This document shows, in pieces, positions 1 through 12,639 of a DNA stretch of 64,000 bases. The stretch's first letter is position 1; each line of letters begins with the position of its first letter. Origin of the DNA: Macrostomum lignano (Eukaryota); assembly GCA_002269645.1 (NCBI GenBank), contig NIVC01001548.1:1-64000 (forward strand), written 5' to 3'. A program made the translations under genes and the position numbers. The notes under the pieces were generated by a model. It was not told where the DNA came from and searched no databases. It worked only from the letters and a program-made list of their open reading frames with translations.

Positions 1-3000
1 GCTGCTCAATCCTGGCCTGATGAGCCTTGATCATCATCTCCCTCTCAGCGCTCAGCTGCTCCACCTTGGCCTCAGCTGCCTCCGACCTTTGGCGCAGCTT
101 GTCTGAAATTTTGGAACACCTTCGTGTCAATTTTTGACCGCTGGGGAATTCGGAGAATCAGGGGCTGGGGAAGCAGGGGAATCGGGGGCTGGGGAATCGG
201 GGAATCGGTGGCTTGGAAATCAGGGGCTGGGGAATCGGGCTGGAGAATCGGGGCTGGGGAATCGGGGGCTGGAGAATCGGGGGCTGGGGAATCGGGGCTG
301 GGGAATCGGGGGCTGGGGAATCAGGGCTGGGGAATCGGGGCTGGGGAATCAGGGGCTGGGGAATCAGGGGAATCAGGGGCTAGGGAATCAGAGGAATCGG
401 AGGCTGGAGAATCGTGGGCTGGAGAATCGGGGGCTGGGAATCGGGGGGCTGGGAATCGGGGGCTGGGGAATCTGGGCTGTAGAGTTAAGGCACTGATGAA
501 AAAATTTCGAATTTGAATTCGCGCCAAAGGCCGGCAACCAACCCAGGCTGTGCGAGCTGCTGGACTCCGCCTGCCGCTGCCTGGCCAGCGCCTCGTCAAG
601 CCGCGCCTGCAGCGACTCAACCGCCGACTGTCGCTCCTGCAGACGATCTCGGAGCTCCGCCTGCACCGAGGCAGCCTCGCTCGCCGACTTCTGCAGGCCG
701 CTGGCTTTGCTGCGCGCGTCCGACAGCTCCGACTGGAGTCGCCTGGGTGATGGATCGGAATAAACTTTCCGGTTTTTGCCGTTTTAATATAATTTGTTTT
801 ACTACAGTTCAATTTGTTAATCTGCACTGCAAGCAAGCGAAAATGATTTGAAAATATCGGAAACAAAATCTGGCCTAAAGGATTACGTGAAAAATTGCAC
901 TCGAGTGAAATTTTGCAATTTTCCTAACGAACTCTGTGACATAAAGGTGCCCACCTGGCTTTTATTGGTGAGTTACCGTTGTTAGCACGCAGTTTGTCTA
1001 ACAGGTGTTGAATTTGCTGCTTAAATGCAAAAATAGAAACAGATCTTTGCTGTTTAAGCTGGGATAACATGCAGTTAATGATTAATGTTCACTAAGAAAG
1101 ATGATTATCTGGATTTTGGTCTACAGACAGGGGTCGCAAATCTATAGAGTGATATTGATGTACCCAAAAAATTGATCTACAGATTGGAGAAAAACAGATA
1201 AAAACAGACAGAGGATCTGCATCTATAGACTTGAATTGACCTACGACCGATGGAGACCTACAGAAGAAAACAGACAGATAGAGAACACATTCATCTAGAG
1301 ACAAATAAAGCAAATGGTCTACAGACAAATGAGGACAATGATCTACAGACTAATGGGGACAATGATCTACAGACAAATGAGGACAATGATCTACAGACTA
1401 TTGGGTACAATGATCTACAGACTAATGGGGACAATGATCTACAGACTAATGGGTACAATGATCTACAGACTAATGGGGACAATGATCTACAGACAAATGA
1501 GGACAATGATCTACAGACTAATGGGGACAATGATCTACGGACTAATGCGGACAATGATCTACAGACTAATGGGTACAATGATCTACAGACTAATGGGTAC
1601 AATGATCTACAGACTAATGGGGACAACGATCTACAGACTAATGAGGACAACAATCTACAGACTATTGGGTACAATGATCTACAGACTAATGGGGACAATG
1701 ATCTACAGACAAATGCGGACAATGATCTACAGACTAATGGGGACAATGATCTACAGACTAATGGGGACAATGATCTACAGACTAATGGGGACAATGATCT
1801 AAAGACTAATGCGGACAATGATCTACAGACTAATGGGGACAATGATCTACGGACTAATGCGGACAATGATCTACAGACAAATAAGGACAATGATCTACAG
1901 ACCAATGGGGACAATGATCTACAGACTAATGGGGAGAATGATCTACAGACTAATGGGGAGAATGATCTACAGACTAATGGGGACAATGATCTACAGACTA
2001 ATGGGGACAATGATCTACAGACAAATGAGGACAACGATCTACAGACTAATGGGGACAATGATCTACAGACAAATGCGGACAATGATCTACAGACTAATGG
2101 GGACAATGATCTAAAGACTAATGCGGACAATGATCTACAGACTAATGGGGACAATGATCTACAGACTAATGCGGACAATGATCTACAGACAAATAAGCAC
2201 AATGATCTACAGACTAATGGGGACAATGATCTACAGACTAATGGGGAGAATGATCTACAGACTAATGGGGACAATGATCTACAGACTAATGGGGACAATG
2301 ATCTACAGACTAATGGGGAGAATGATCTACAGACTAATGGGGACAATGATCTACAGACTAATGGGGACAATGATCTACAGACTAATGGGGAGAATGATCT
2401 ACAGACTAATGGGGACAATGATCTACAGACAAATAAGGAAATAAGTTTCGGACAGACGTAAAAGACAGATCTACAGATGAAGGGGGATTTCACTACAGAG
2501 CAAGCCCCAAATCCCCGGCCCAAGCTGCTCACGTATTTTCTGTCTCGAGCGCCTCCGCCCCGGCCTCGGCCTGCCGCTGTTTCTCCCTGGCATCGTCCAG
2601 CTGCTCGGTCAGCCGCTGCAGCTCCTGCGCCTTCGCGGCCACTTCCGCCGCGGCCGCCTCCCGGTCGACGCTCGCCTGGCCGCGCGCCGCCTCCATCTGA
2701 CTGGAGAGCTCAGCAACTCGAGCCTGCTGGCCTCGGTCCATGTCAGCCACTGGAAGCAGTTTAGTGCTTGAATGAAATATTTTATCTTCAAATCACCAAT
2801 ACTGTCGTAGCTTTATTTATGCGATTAATGAATAAAATAATGATTCAGTTTTCTTATATTTCTACTAATAGTAGGATAGTTGGGAAAACAAAGGGAATTA
2901 AAGCCATCAAGACTGATTGACTGCTTGAGCCCGAACTACAGAGGATTTTTCCCGATTCGCGACGGAGCACTCAGCTGACCTTCCAGTGTCCGGAGCCTCC

Positions 3001-3571
3001 CTTAGCTTTGACTTTCGTCACTCTGATTTAACTTAGCATTTAAAAAGACACAACGAAGACTCACGTGACCCGGCCACTTTGTTCGACACTCCTGGCAGGC
3101 GGCAAGCGTTGAATCTCGCGCCGCCTGCGCCAACGCGCGCAGTTCAGCCAGCTCGGCGCGCAGCAGACGCGCCGCCTCGTTGGCGCCAGCCGCCGATTTG
3201 GCCAGATCGGCGCAACGGACGGCCTCAGCTTCGCGCCGGGCCGCCTCCGAGCGCGCCACCTCCTCAGCTGCGGCAGCCGCCTCCGCTGTCAGAGCCTCCC
3301 GGCGTTCGCGCTCGGCCGCCAGCTCGGCTTCCACGGCGGCCAGCCTTTCTGCTAGCCGCTTCTCGCGCTCCACGGCGCCGCGGTAATGCTCCAGCTCTGC
3401 CAGCGCCTGCTGCATGCGCGCCTCCAGCGCCTTCATCTCCGAGTGGATCAGGTAGGAGACGCCGCAGAATTTGCACACGGTGTCGTCCCGCGGCATCTCG
3501 CGCAGCTCCTCCGGCAGCGGGTGCTGCGGCCGGTAGGCCAGCGGCGAGGACGGCGACGCTTCCTGCGACAT
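1..3571 (-). CDS. LEKR1: LEKR1-like coiled-coil protein, 5' part (spliced; gene continues beyond the left edge)
   Basis: N-terminus HPLPEELREMPRDDTVCKFCGVSYLIHSEMKALE...YRGAVEREKRL matches the LEKR1 N-terminal motif as recalled (LPEEI..M....VCKYCGVSYLI..E.KA.E...Y.G.V.REKRL). Exons: 3571-~3065 (donor uncertain), 2749-2533, 742-543, 102-<1. The last three join in phase with GT-AG ends and give coiled-coil sequence ending ERE MMIKAHQARIEQ. Confidence 0.8.
140..480 (+). repeat. G-rich minisatellite, ~14-bp unit GGGGCTGGGGAATC
   Basis: Tandem copies in a LEKR1 intron. Confidence 0.9.
1310..2432 (+). repeat. 24-bp minisatellite GATCTACAGACTAATGGGGACAAT (~47 copies)
   Basis: Tandem array in a LEKR1 intron. 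Confidence 0.95.
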
Positions 3572-5052
3572 CGGCTGGGCGGAGAGGAGAGAGGATATGA
3601 AAACTCACTGGACTCAAAGAGCTTTCACGAATAGAAACCAAAATGTTAACTGCCAGCATATTTTTGAATAAATCTTTTGGCTAAAAATCGTTGTTAATAA
3701 ATACTGAATGAAATATATATCATGTTGCTGATCAAAGTTATAAAAGTAAATTTTAATTTTAATAATCAGCTATTAGATGTGTTTAACCATACTTTGCACG
3801 AGAATTGAAATATATTATCAAAATTTCATAATTAGGATAGGAATGATGGTTCCCATCTTCTTAATAGCAGAAGTTCAGGGTTTATATATCTCCTATTTTG
3901 CTTTATTTTTTATATGACAAGTATTTTGGTTATAACTTCACCTTCTGTTTTAATAGTAAATATATATTGGTAGCAATGCTCGTTTAATAAGTAATAGAAA
4001 ATGAAGGTTAACACCAACATACAAATAAGTTTTTTTTCTTTAAACGCGTTGGCTATAAAAAAATTACTTGTATGTTAGTGTTAACCTTAATTTTCTAAAT
4101 ACGCCGCAGATATGCAGATAATATTGCATCTTGGCCTTGTACACCTATTTAGCCTACCAATTGTTAGAAATGTACCTTGCACTCATTAAATGCAAGAAAT
4201 TAAAAAAACTAAATTTAATCAACTTTTGCCATTTTGTATTAAAGCTATTCAAAGAAAATAAAACCTTAATCGAATGCTTGAAGCTTATAAATAAATTTTT
4301 TTTTAAATATTGATACCAACAAAAGTTGGTATAAATGATAATAACTGATTATGGAAGCATAGCAATAATAGAAGAATAGCAAAGATGAGGATCGAAGAAA
4401 GTGTACCTTATTTAGAAATTCTATATAAATTCTTTTTAAAAGCATCCCATTTTCAACAAAAACTGGATATTATTTCTTGATAATGATGAAAACTTATACT
4501 GGAATATCAAGAGTCAACACAAAACTAAAGACGGCAAGAAAGATATAATGCAACAAATTAACACAGTTGCGTTTTTCTAAAACCACAAAGACTTCTTAGT
4601 CGCTTGAAATAGATAATTCGTAAGAAGTCTTATGTTTCAACCATTTTGCTTGGAATTGTTCTAAAAATCATCAACTTATTGTTTTCTATAGTTTGTAAGC
4701 TTAATAAGAAACAAAAATAGTCGGACTAAGAAATGAATTTTGACGGCACACGTTGTATCCAACAAAAATATACATAAAAAACCTTATTCGAATAAATTAA
4801 CGTTTTTATACTTGTATTGTACGACTGACAACCTAAACACAATATTTATTTGTAGGTATGCGAACAACTCAAAATTATTTACTGACGCTTAAACACTAAA
4901 AAATGAATGTACTTAAGATAAGATTCTGATTCACTTTAGTAAAAGCAAAAAACTGACATTAAACTGTGCCACTTATTTTTTAAATTTACAAGGAACACAG
5001 ACATGTTTTGTTATAAATTTAAAAGGTAATTTTATCCGGTAACATGTTACTA

Positions 5053-5317
5053 AATAGGCCTTTTCATATTGCTTGTTCTGGTTCTAGAACCAGATCCAAT
5101 TTGTAGAGTATAACTTTTGTCTCCTAAACTAGAGGGATATAAGTGCTTTAAAGTTGTGATTATTGAATGGCAATAGCCAAGAAGAAATTGAAAAATTATG
5201 CAAAGTGAAGCTGTAAGGCAGTCAACATTTAGCAAGGGTAAATAGTTATACTGCTTTTTTTCTTGGAAGATCCGAATCGATTCTGGTTCTGGAATTGGTA
5301 ATGTGAAAAGCCCTATT
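5053..5317. mobile_element. possible decayed MITE
   Basis: Imperfect 19-bp inverted repeats AATAGGCCTTTTCATATTG vs AATAGGGCTTTTCACATTA (16/19), plus a shared internal TTCTGGTTCT. Confidence 0.3.
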
Positions 5318-6450
5318 GATCTACTATTTTATTTTTCAAGAAAGGGCGGCTTCTGTTGTGTGATAGCATCTTACCGTACGATACGATACCGTCGTATTAA
5401 TTAGTGTTATGATTTTGATATTTTGTAAAACACTTGCCGCCTCATTGATCGCAAGTGTATGAAAAAGTAAAAATCCTCGTAATTTCAGGCGTCACCACTT
5501 AGATTTGTTTCAATTAAATACTAGCTATCGTTAATATTTTTCGACATGATGTAAAAAGTCCAAGATTCTTTTATGTCTCTTACAAAAAACTGTCAATCGA
5601 GTTAGTGTCGCTTTTACAGATAAAAAATTTAAAAGTTAAGCTTAAAATCCAGTTAGAAACGTGGTATTGTATCGAATCTTGATTAATTTGATATGCTACA
5701 CGCGTATATCGCGTATGGAATATTCTCGTACGCGAATAATTTTTTGCAACTATTATTTCTGTATTGCTTTTTCAAAATGATTTTGTTATTGGTAGGAATG
5801 TTTTATCGACTCCTTAAATTAAGGTAATAAGGCTTTCTGTGTTTACATTGTGTTTGGATATCTTACTTGGCGTAGAGTGCAAGTACAGTGGGATGTATAA
5901 TAATCATAAATTATTTTATTATCTTCATTTCTCTTCTTAATAACTAAACGAGCCGCGTATTTCTGCTTTTATTCAAATAATTAAAAACAGAACAAGACCT
6001 CCTTGACACTGATTAAAAAAACTAAAACATGCAATATAAAGCACAAACAGTGCTGATACGGAGGCAACAAAGGATTTACTTTTCAACAGAAACACACGTG
6101 GAACTCACAAAAGCTGGCTGTAGGCGAGCATAACAGGACTGGCAAACTAACTAGTATCTTAGTTCAAAATACCCGTTTACTGCGTCATAAAACTCGCTAA
6201 AAGCAGACTGTTACAAATATCGAAAAACAGACTTTCCTCTTGCAGAGCAACGTGCAGAGCAACACGACATAACGAAAAAGAAAGAGCAAACTAACAAGCT
6301 TGTTACTGAATTTTATAAAGAAACAGAAACGAAAGGAAGGCCAGAGGGATTAGCCCCGGCTCGCACCGGATACACACTAGGGAAGGTACAAAAGACAGGT
6401 CTAAATTATTAATGGCATTTGTCCGATTGTCCACTCTTGGCTTTTGTTAG

Positions 6451-7645
6451 CTACTTGCGCACCTTCTTCTGCAGCTCGTTCAGCTGGACCGGGTCATCCA
6501 TGTTCATCTCGTGAATTTGCGTGCCTGGGCGGAGTGAGGCAGACAGGGCGACAGTCTCATTAAGTAATGAAGTCGCTGATGAAACTCAAGCAATGAGCAC
6601 ACAGTAGTTTGGGAAACAACTCACAGAAGTGCTTCTCAATCTGGCGCAGATTCCTTTCATCGGTGTCGTCCACAACAAAGCTGAGCCCGATGCCCTTCTT
6701 GCCGAATCGGCCGGCCCTGCCAATGCGATGCAGGTAGGTCTCGAAGTCCGGACTGCGGTCCCGCATCACCGGCAGCTCCCAGTTGATGACCACATTTACC
6801 TGGGGGGGGGGTAGATCCATTAAGTGACAATCTGGTCCGAATCCACACTTCGGATTCTGATCCCACAAACCTGGGATTAACTGGAAATCTGATCCCCATA
6901 ACTGGGATTCTGATCCCCATAACTGGGATTCTGATCCCCATAACTGGAATTCTGATCCCCATAACTGGGATTCTGATCCTACAAACCTGGGATTCTGATC
7001 CTACAAACCTGGGATTCTGATCCTACAAACCTGGGATTCTGATCCTACAAACCTGGGATTCTGATCCTACAAACCTGGGATTCTGATCCTACAAACCTGG
7101 GATTCTGATCCTACAAACCTGGGATTCTGATCCTACAAACCTGGGATTCTGATCCCTCAAACCCGGGATTCTGATCACACGATTCACACAAACCTGGGAT
7201 TCTGATCCTACAAACCTGGGATTCTGATCCCACAAACCTGGGATTCTGATCACTTAAACCTGGGATTCTGATCACTTAAACCTGGGATTCTGATCACTCA
7301 AACCTGGGACAAACCCGAAGTATCATAAGACCGAAAATGCTAGCAACGGCCATCATAAGACCGATGCTATTCTAGTTTTCGACGTTATGATATTATGAGT
7401 CTATGATGGCGACCCCCTATTTCTTACCTGTGCAATATCGATGCCTCGAGCCAGCACGTTTGTAGTGATGAGAATTCGCACCTCCGAGTTGCGATAGCGC
7501 CTAATAATGCTGGCCCGATCGGAGATCTCCATCTGGCCGTGCAGGACCAGGCTGTCGTGCCCGTCGGACTGCAGCCGCTTCTGCAGCACCTCGGCCTCGC
7601 GACGGCTCTGGCAGAATACCTGCGAGTTTGGGTAAGTAGACGGAT

Positions 7646-7676
<31 letters not shown>

Positions 7677-10600
7677 CTAAGACAGACAGACAGACAGACA
7701 GACGGACAGACAGACAGACGAACAGACAGACAGACACTAAGACAGGCAGAGACAGACACGCAAAAAGGACAAGTTCGATAGCACTCACCATGCACTGGGC
7801 CAGGCCAAACAGGCCGAAGGTCAGGGTCACATACTGGTACTTGATATCGATGCTAGCCGGGCGGGCGAACACCTGCAGCAGGTTGTCCAGAGTCAGCTCC
7901 TGCCGTTTCAGCCGAATAGTGGCAGCCTCGGGCACGACGGTGCGCGCGAATTCAACGACAGGCTCTTCGAAGGTGGCGGAGAACAGCAGGATCTGGCAGC
8001 CGGGGCTCAGGTGGCGGGACAGCCGGACGGAGATGTCGCGAAACGCCTGCTGGTCGATAAGCACATCGGCCTCGTCCAGGACGAACACCCGCAGCTTGGC
8101 CATGTTGATGATGCGGTAGCGCATCACCCAGTCCTGTCAGTCAGAGGTGGGCGGTGCTGACATTGGTGCGACTCTGGTGAATATGAAACTGACGGAACAA
8201 TGAGCCCTAATACAGAGAGGTGGAAGGGGAGATGAGAGGGAAGGGGAGAAGAGGGAAGGGGAGAAGAGGGAAGGGGAGAAGAGGGAAGGTGAGAATAGAG
8301 GGAAGGGGAGAAGAGGGAAGGGGAGAAGAAGGAATGGGAGAATAGGGAAGGGGGAAGAAGGAATGGGAGAAGAGGGAAGGTGAGAAGAGAGGGAAGGGGA
8401 GAAGAGGGAAGGGGAGAAGAGGGAAGGGGAGAAGAGGGAAGGGGAGAAGAGGGAAGGGAAGAAGAGGGAAGGGGAGAAGAGGGAAGGGGAGAAGAGGGAA
8501 GGGGAGAAGAGGGAAGGGGAGAAGAGAGGGAAGGGGAGAAGAGGGAAGGGGAGAAGAGGGAAGGGGGAAGAAGGGATGGGAGAAGAGGGAAGGTGAGAAG
8601 AGAGGGAAGGGGAGAAGAGGGAAGGTGAGAATAGAGGGAATGGGAGAATAGGGAAGGGGGAAGAAGGAATGAGAGAAGAGGGAAGGTAAGAAGAGAGGGA
8701 AGGGGAGAAGAGGGAAGGGGAGAAGAAGGAATGGGAGAAGAGGGAAGGTGAGAAGAGAGGGAAGGGGAGAAGAGGGAAGGGGAGAAGAGGGAAGGGGAGA
8801 AGAGGGAAGGTGAGAATAGAGGGAAGGGGAGAAGAGGGAAGGGGAGAAGAAGGAATGGGAGAATAGGGAAGGGGGAAGAAGAAATGAGAGAAGAGGGAAG
8901 GTGAGAAGAGAGGGAAGGGGAGAAGAGGGAAGGGGAGAAGAAGGAATGGGAGAAGAAGGAATGGGAGAATAGGGAAGGGGGAAGAAGGAATGAGAGAAGA
9001 GGGAAGGTGAGAAGAGAGGGAAGGGGAGAAGAGGGAAGGGGAGAAGAAGGAATGGGAGAAGAGGGAAGGTGAGAAGAGAGGGAAGGGGAGAAGAGGGAAG
9101 GGGAGAAGAGGGAAGGGGAGAAGAGGGAAGGGAAGAAGAGGGAAGGGAAGAAGAGGGAAGGGGAGAAGAGGGAAGGGGAGAAGAGGGAAGGTGAGAAGAG
9201 AGGGAAGGGGAGAAGAGGGAAGGTGAGAAGAGAGGGAAGGGGAGAAGAGGGAAGGTGAGAATAGAGGGAAGGGGAGAAGAGGGAAGGGGAGAAGAGGGAA
9301 GGGGAGAAGAGGGAAGGGGAGAAGAGAGGGAAGGGGAGAAGAGGGAAGGGGAGAAGAGGGAAGGGGGAAGAAGGAATGGGAGAAGAGGGAAGGTGAGAAG
9401 AGAGGGAAGGGGAGAAGAGGGAAGGTGAGAATAGAGGGAATGGGAGAATAGGGAAGGGGGAAGAAGGAATGAGAGAAGAGGGAAGGTGAGAAGAGAGGGA
9501 AGGGGAGAAGAGGGAAGGGGAGAAGAAGGAATGGGAGAAGAGGGAAGGTGAGAAGAGAGGGAAGGGAGAAGAGGAAGGGGAGAAGAGGAAGGGGAGAAGA
9601 GGGAAGGGAAGAAGAGGGAAGGGAAGAAGAGGGAAGGGAGAAGAGGGAAGGGGAGAAGAGGGAAGGTGAGAAGAGAGGGAAGGGGAGAAGAGGGAAGGTG
9701 AGAAGAGAGGGAAGGGGAGAAGAGGGAAGGTGAGAATAGAGGGAAGGGGAGAAGAGGGAAGGGGAGAAGAGGGAAGGGGAGAAGAGGGAAGGGGAGAAGA
9801 AGGAATGGGAGAATAGGGAAGGGGGAAGAAGGAATGAGAGAAGAGGGAAGGGGAGAAGAGGGAAGGGGAGAAGAGGGAAGGGGAGAAGAGGGAAGGGGAG
9901 AAGAGGGAAGGGGAGAAGAGGGAGGGGGAGAAGAGGAAAGGGAAGAAGAGGGAAATAAAGAGAATGGAGCAGGTAGAGAGAAATTCTAGGAGAAGTTTGT
10001 ACGCATTTAACACATAAGAAATGCCAGCTCGAAAAGCTTCACCCACCTGAGCGGTCCCCGGCGTGGCGATGAGGATGTGGTGGTTGCTATAGGAGTCCCT
10101 GGTGTACTTCTCCTCCCTAGTGGCGTAGCCGATCTTCACCTCGGGCATGTAGGCGGCCATCCGCTTGCAGACTTCGCCAATCTGTTTGGCCAGCTCGAAG
10201 GTGGGCGCCAGGCACAGGCACTGGCAATAGTTCTCGTTGGGATCGACTCGGCTGAGCATAGTGAGCAGGAATGCGGCGGTTTTGCCCGTGCCCGACTGGC
10301 TCTGTGCGATCATGTTGATCGGCGGGTCGGCCACCAGAGCCGGCAGCGCCTTCTCCTGGATGCGGGACGGCCGCATGAAGCCCATCTGGTAGATGCCGCG
10401 GATGAGCTTGGGCGACAGGTTGAGCTGCTCGAACGCCTTCACCGAGTGCAACGGCGAGTTCGGATTTCGCTGCTGCACCTCCAGTTCGCCTTCGCGGACA
10501 TCGAGCAGCCCGGAGCCGCTAATCAGTTTGCTCATGGCGGCCAGCTCCTGGGCGTTGGCGGCTGCGTGAGAGGCACAAAAATGGGATACGGTGTACTTTA

Positions 10601-11467
10601 CTCACTCAAGGCACAAAAATGGGATACGGTGTACTTTACTCACTCAAGGCGCAAAAATAGGATACGGTGTACTTTACTCACTCAAGGCGCAAAAATAGGA
10701 TACGGTGTACTTTACTCACTCAAGGCACAAAAATAGGATACGGTGTACTTTACTCACTCAAGGCACAAAAAAGGGATACTGTGTACTTTACTCACTCAAG
10801 GCACAAAAAAGGGATACTGTGTACTTTACTCACTCAAGGCGCAAAAATAGGATACGGTGTACTTTACTCACTCAAGGCGCAAAAATAGGATACGGTGTAC
10901 TCTACTCACTCAAGGCTTAACGAGGCACATAAATAGGATACGGTGTACTCTACTCACTCGAGGCTTAACGAGGCACATAAATAGGATACGGTGTACTCTA
11001 CTCACTCGAGGCTTAACGAGGCACATAAATAGGATACGGTGTACTCTACTCACTCGAGGCTTAACGAGGCACATAAATAGGATACGGTGTACTCTACTCA
11101 CTCGAGGCTTAACGAGGCACATAAATAGGATACGGTGTACTCTACTCACTCGAGGCTTAACGAGGCACATAAATAGGATACGGTGTACTCTACTCACTCG
11201 AGGCTTAACGAGGCACATAAATAGGATACGGTGCACTTTACTCACTCGAGGCGCAAAAGTCTACTACCAATACATATTCTAGAAAGCAACTGATTGATTA
11301 AAACACTTACGCTGATCAACATCGCCATCGCCTCGGGCTCCAGCCTGAAATAGAAATAAAATCTGCCATCACTGTCAATTATCAGGTAGCATTCATCATT
11401 TAGAAATTATCAGGCTTTAACTTACACGACGCTCTTCATCTCGCTCAACTTCACTTAGTAGACTCAT
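6451..11467 (-). CDS. DDX19: DEAD-box RNA helicase DDX19/DBP5 (mRNA export helicase), 7 coding exons, 458 aa
   Basis: Exons 11467-11426, 11344-11311, 10561-10047, 8133-7789, 7619-7428, 6799-6625, 6524-6451 are all GT-AG and in phase (1377 nt, TAG stop). Motifs: Q (GFMRPSRIQ), I (AQSQSGTGKT), Ia (PTFELA), II (DEAD), III (SAT), V (TTNVLARGID), VI (HRIGRAGRFG). The N-terminal EVQQRNPNSPLHSVKAFEQL is typical of DDX19/DDX25. Confidence 0.93.
6862..7310 (+). repeat. 21/22-bp minisatellite AAACCTGGGATTCTGATCCTAC
   Basis: Tandem array in a DDX19 intron. Confidence 0.9.
7648..7760 (+). repeat. (AGAC)n microsatellite
   Basis: Direct reading; DDX19 intron. Confidence 0.9.
8220..9960 (+). repeat. polypurine minisatellite, ~15-bp GGGAAGGGGAGAAGA
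   Basis: About 1.7 kb of almost pure A/G in a DDX19 intron. Confidence 0.95.
10571..11268 (+). repeat. 38-bp then 48-bp minisatellite (GGATACGGTGTACT(T/C)TACTCACTC core)
   Basis: The unit gains a 10-bp insert midway through the array; DDX19 intron. Confidence 0.92.
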
Positions 11468-12639
11468 GTGGAATTTCTTGGAGTTTGCTAAAAATAGCAA
11501 ACTAAAGTTTCTGCAACAAGTGAAAGCACTTTTGCATTGAAATGATATTAGTTTAGGAAGGCTAAAAGTAATTTTTTAAAGTCAATTTGACTCTTGATTT
11601 CAAGACATTGCATGGGGTGCCTTAAAGAAATGTCTATGCAATTGACCTAAAAGACTTACAAGGGAATTGATGAGATATCAAGGCTTTGGATTTTTTGGTC
11701 TAACATAGGCATACACAGTTGACATACAAAAATGGCCATGTTCAAGTTTGACCCATTCATATGGTATAGCTAGATTTTTATCATAAGGTCTTTTTAAAAA
11801 ACAAATAGAGACTAAAATGAAAATGGTATGCAGTTTACTCAAGAAAGTTGAAATAAAGCAAAGAAAAAACAGATACCTGTATAGTTTAGACCTAGTATTA
11901 GTAAAAGTAAAACTATTTTTACTATTTTAAGTTAGTATAGAAGCAAGTTTAGGCAATGTTTTACTTTTGTACATAAAATTATATTCTTTGAAAATTTTAG
12001 TTTCTGTTCAGTTTAATGAAAAATACCAATAATAGATTCAATTCAGTCCAAGGATTTATTATAGATTGTATAACTGCCAACTAGTGAACATATAGCCTTA
12101 TAAATGAAAAGCCACTAATAAAAAATGGTTCTAGTTACAGGTGGGTGGCTAGCCATGGTTTTGGTAGTGCACTAAGGATAATTAAGTTGCAAGACTACTT
12201 AAGTTGAGTCTACTGCATCTACCCCACACTAACTGACCACAGCTAAGGTAAGCATACCAATACATAGAATTGGAGCATTAAGGATGCAAGTGTAATTACT
12301 AACTTTTTCTGACTAATTTTTTTTACAAAAATAAAAGAAGTTAACAAAGCATAAATATATTATAATGGTTTATGAAATGTTTTACAATTGTATATATTTG
12401 TAATATACTAGGTTTTTTATTGTCACCTTTATGACTATTGCCTTTTTGATTGGTTTCCTTGACCACTTAAGTCTATCCAGTTAAGTGATAATAAGACTTT
12501 GTACTAGAAACCAATCTTTCAAGCCATATAAATCTAAGTTCTATATAAGTTCTAGACTATGAAGGTGTCGCAATACGTGCAAAGACTCGAGTGCAATGTA
12601 CCAAAAACCTACATTATCATTATGACTAATGTATTATCA

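Noticed and set aside
7501-10535. 803-aa and 208-aa ORFs running through DDX19
   Set aside because: They read through introns (purine repeat, AGAC microsatellite); canonical splice sites give an in-phase 458-aa protein.
10077-10736. 219-aa plus-strand ORF and other antisense ORFs over exons (e.g. 3079-3600, 26499-27308)
   Set aside because: These are shadow frames of GC-rich coding sequence on the opposite strand or in another frame.
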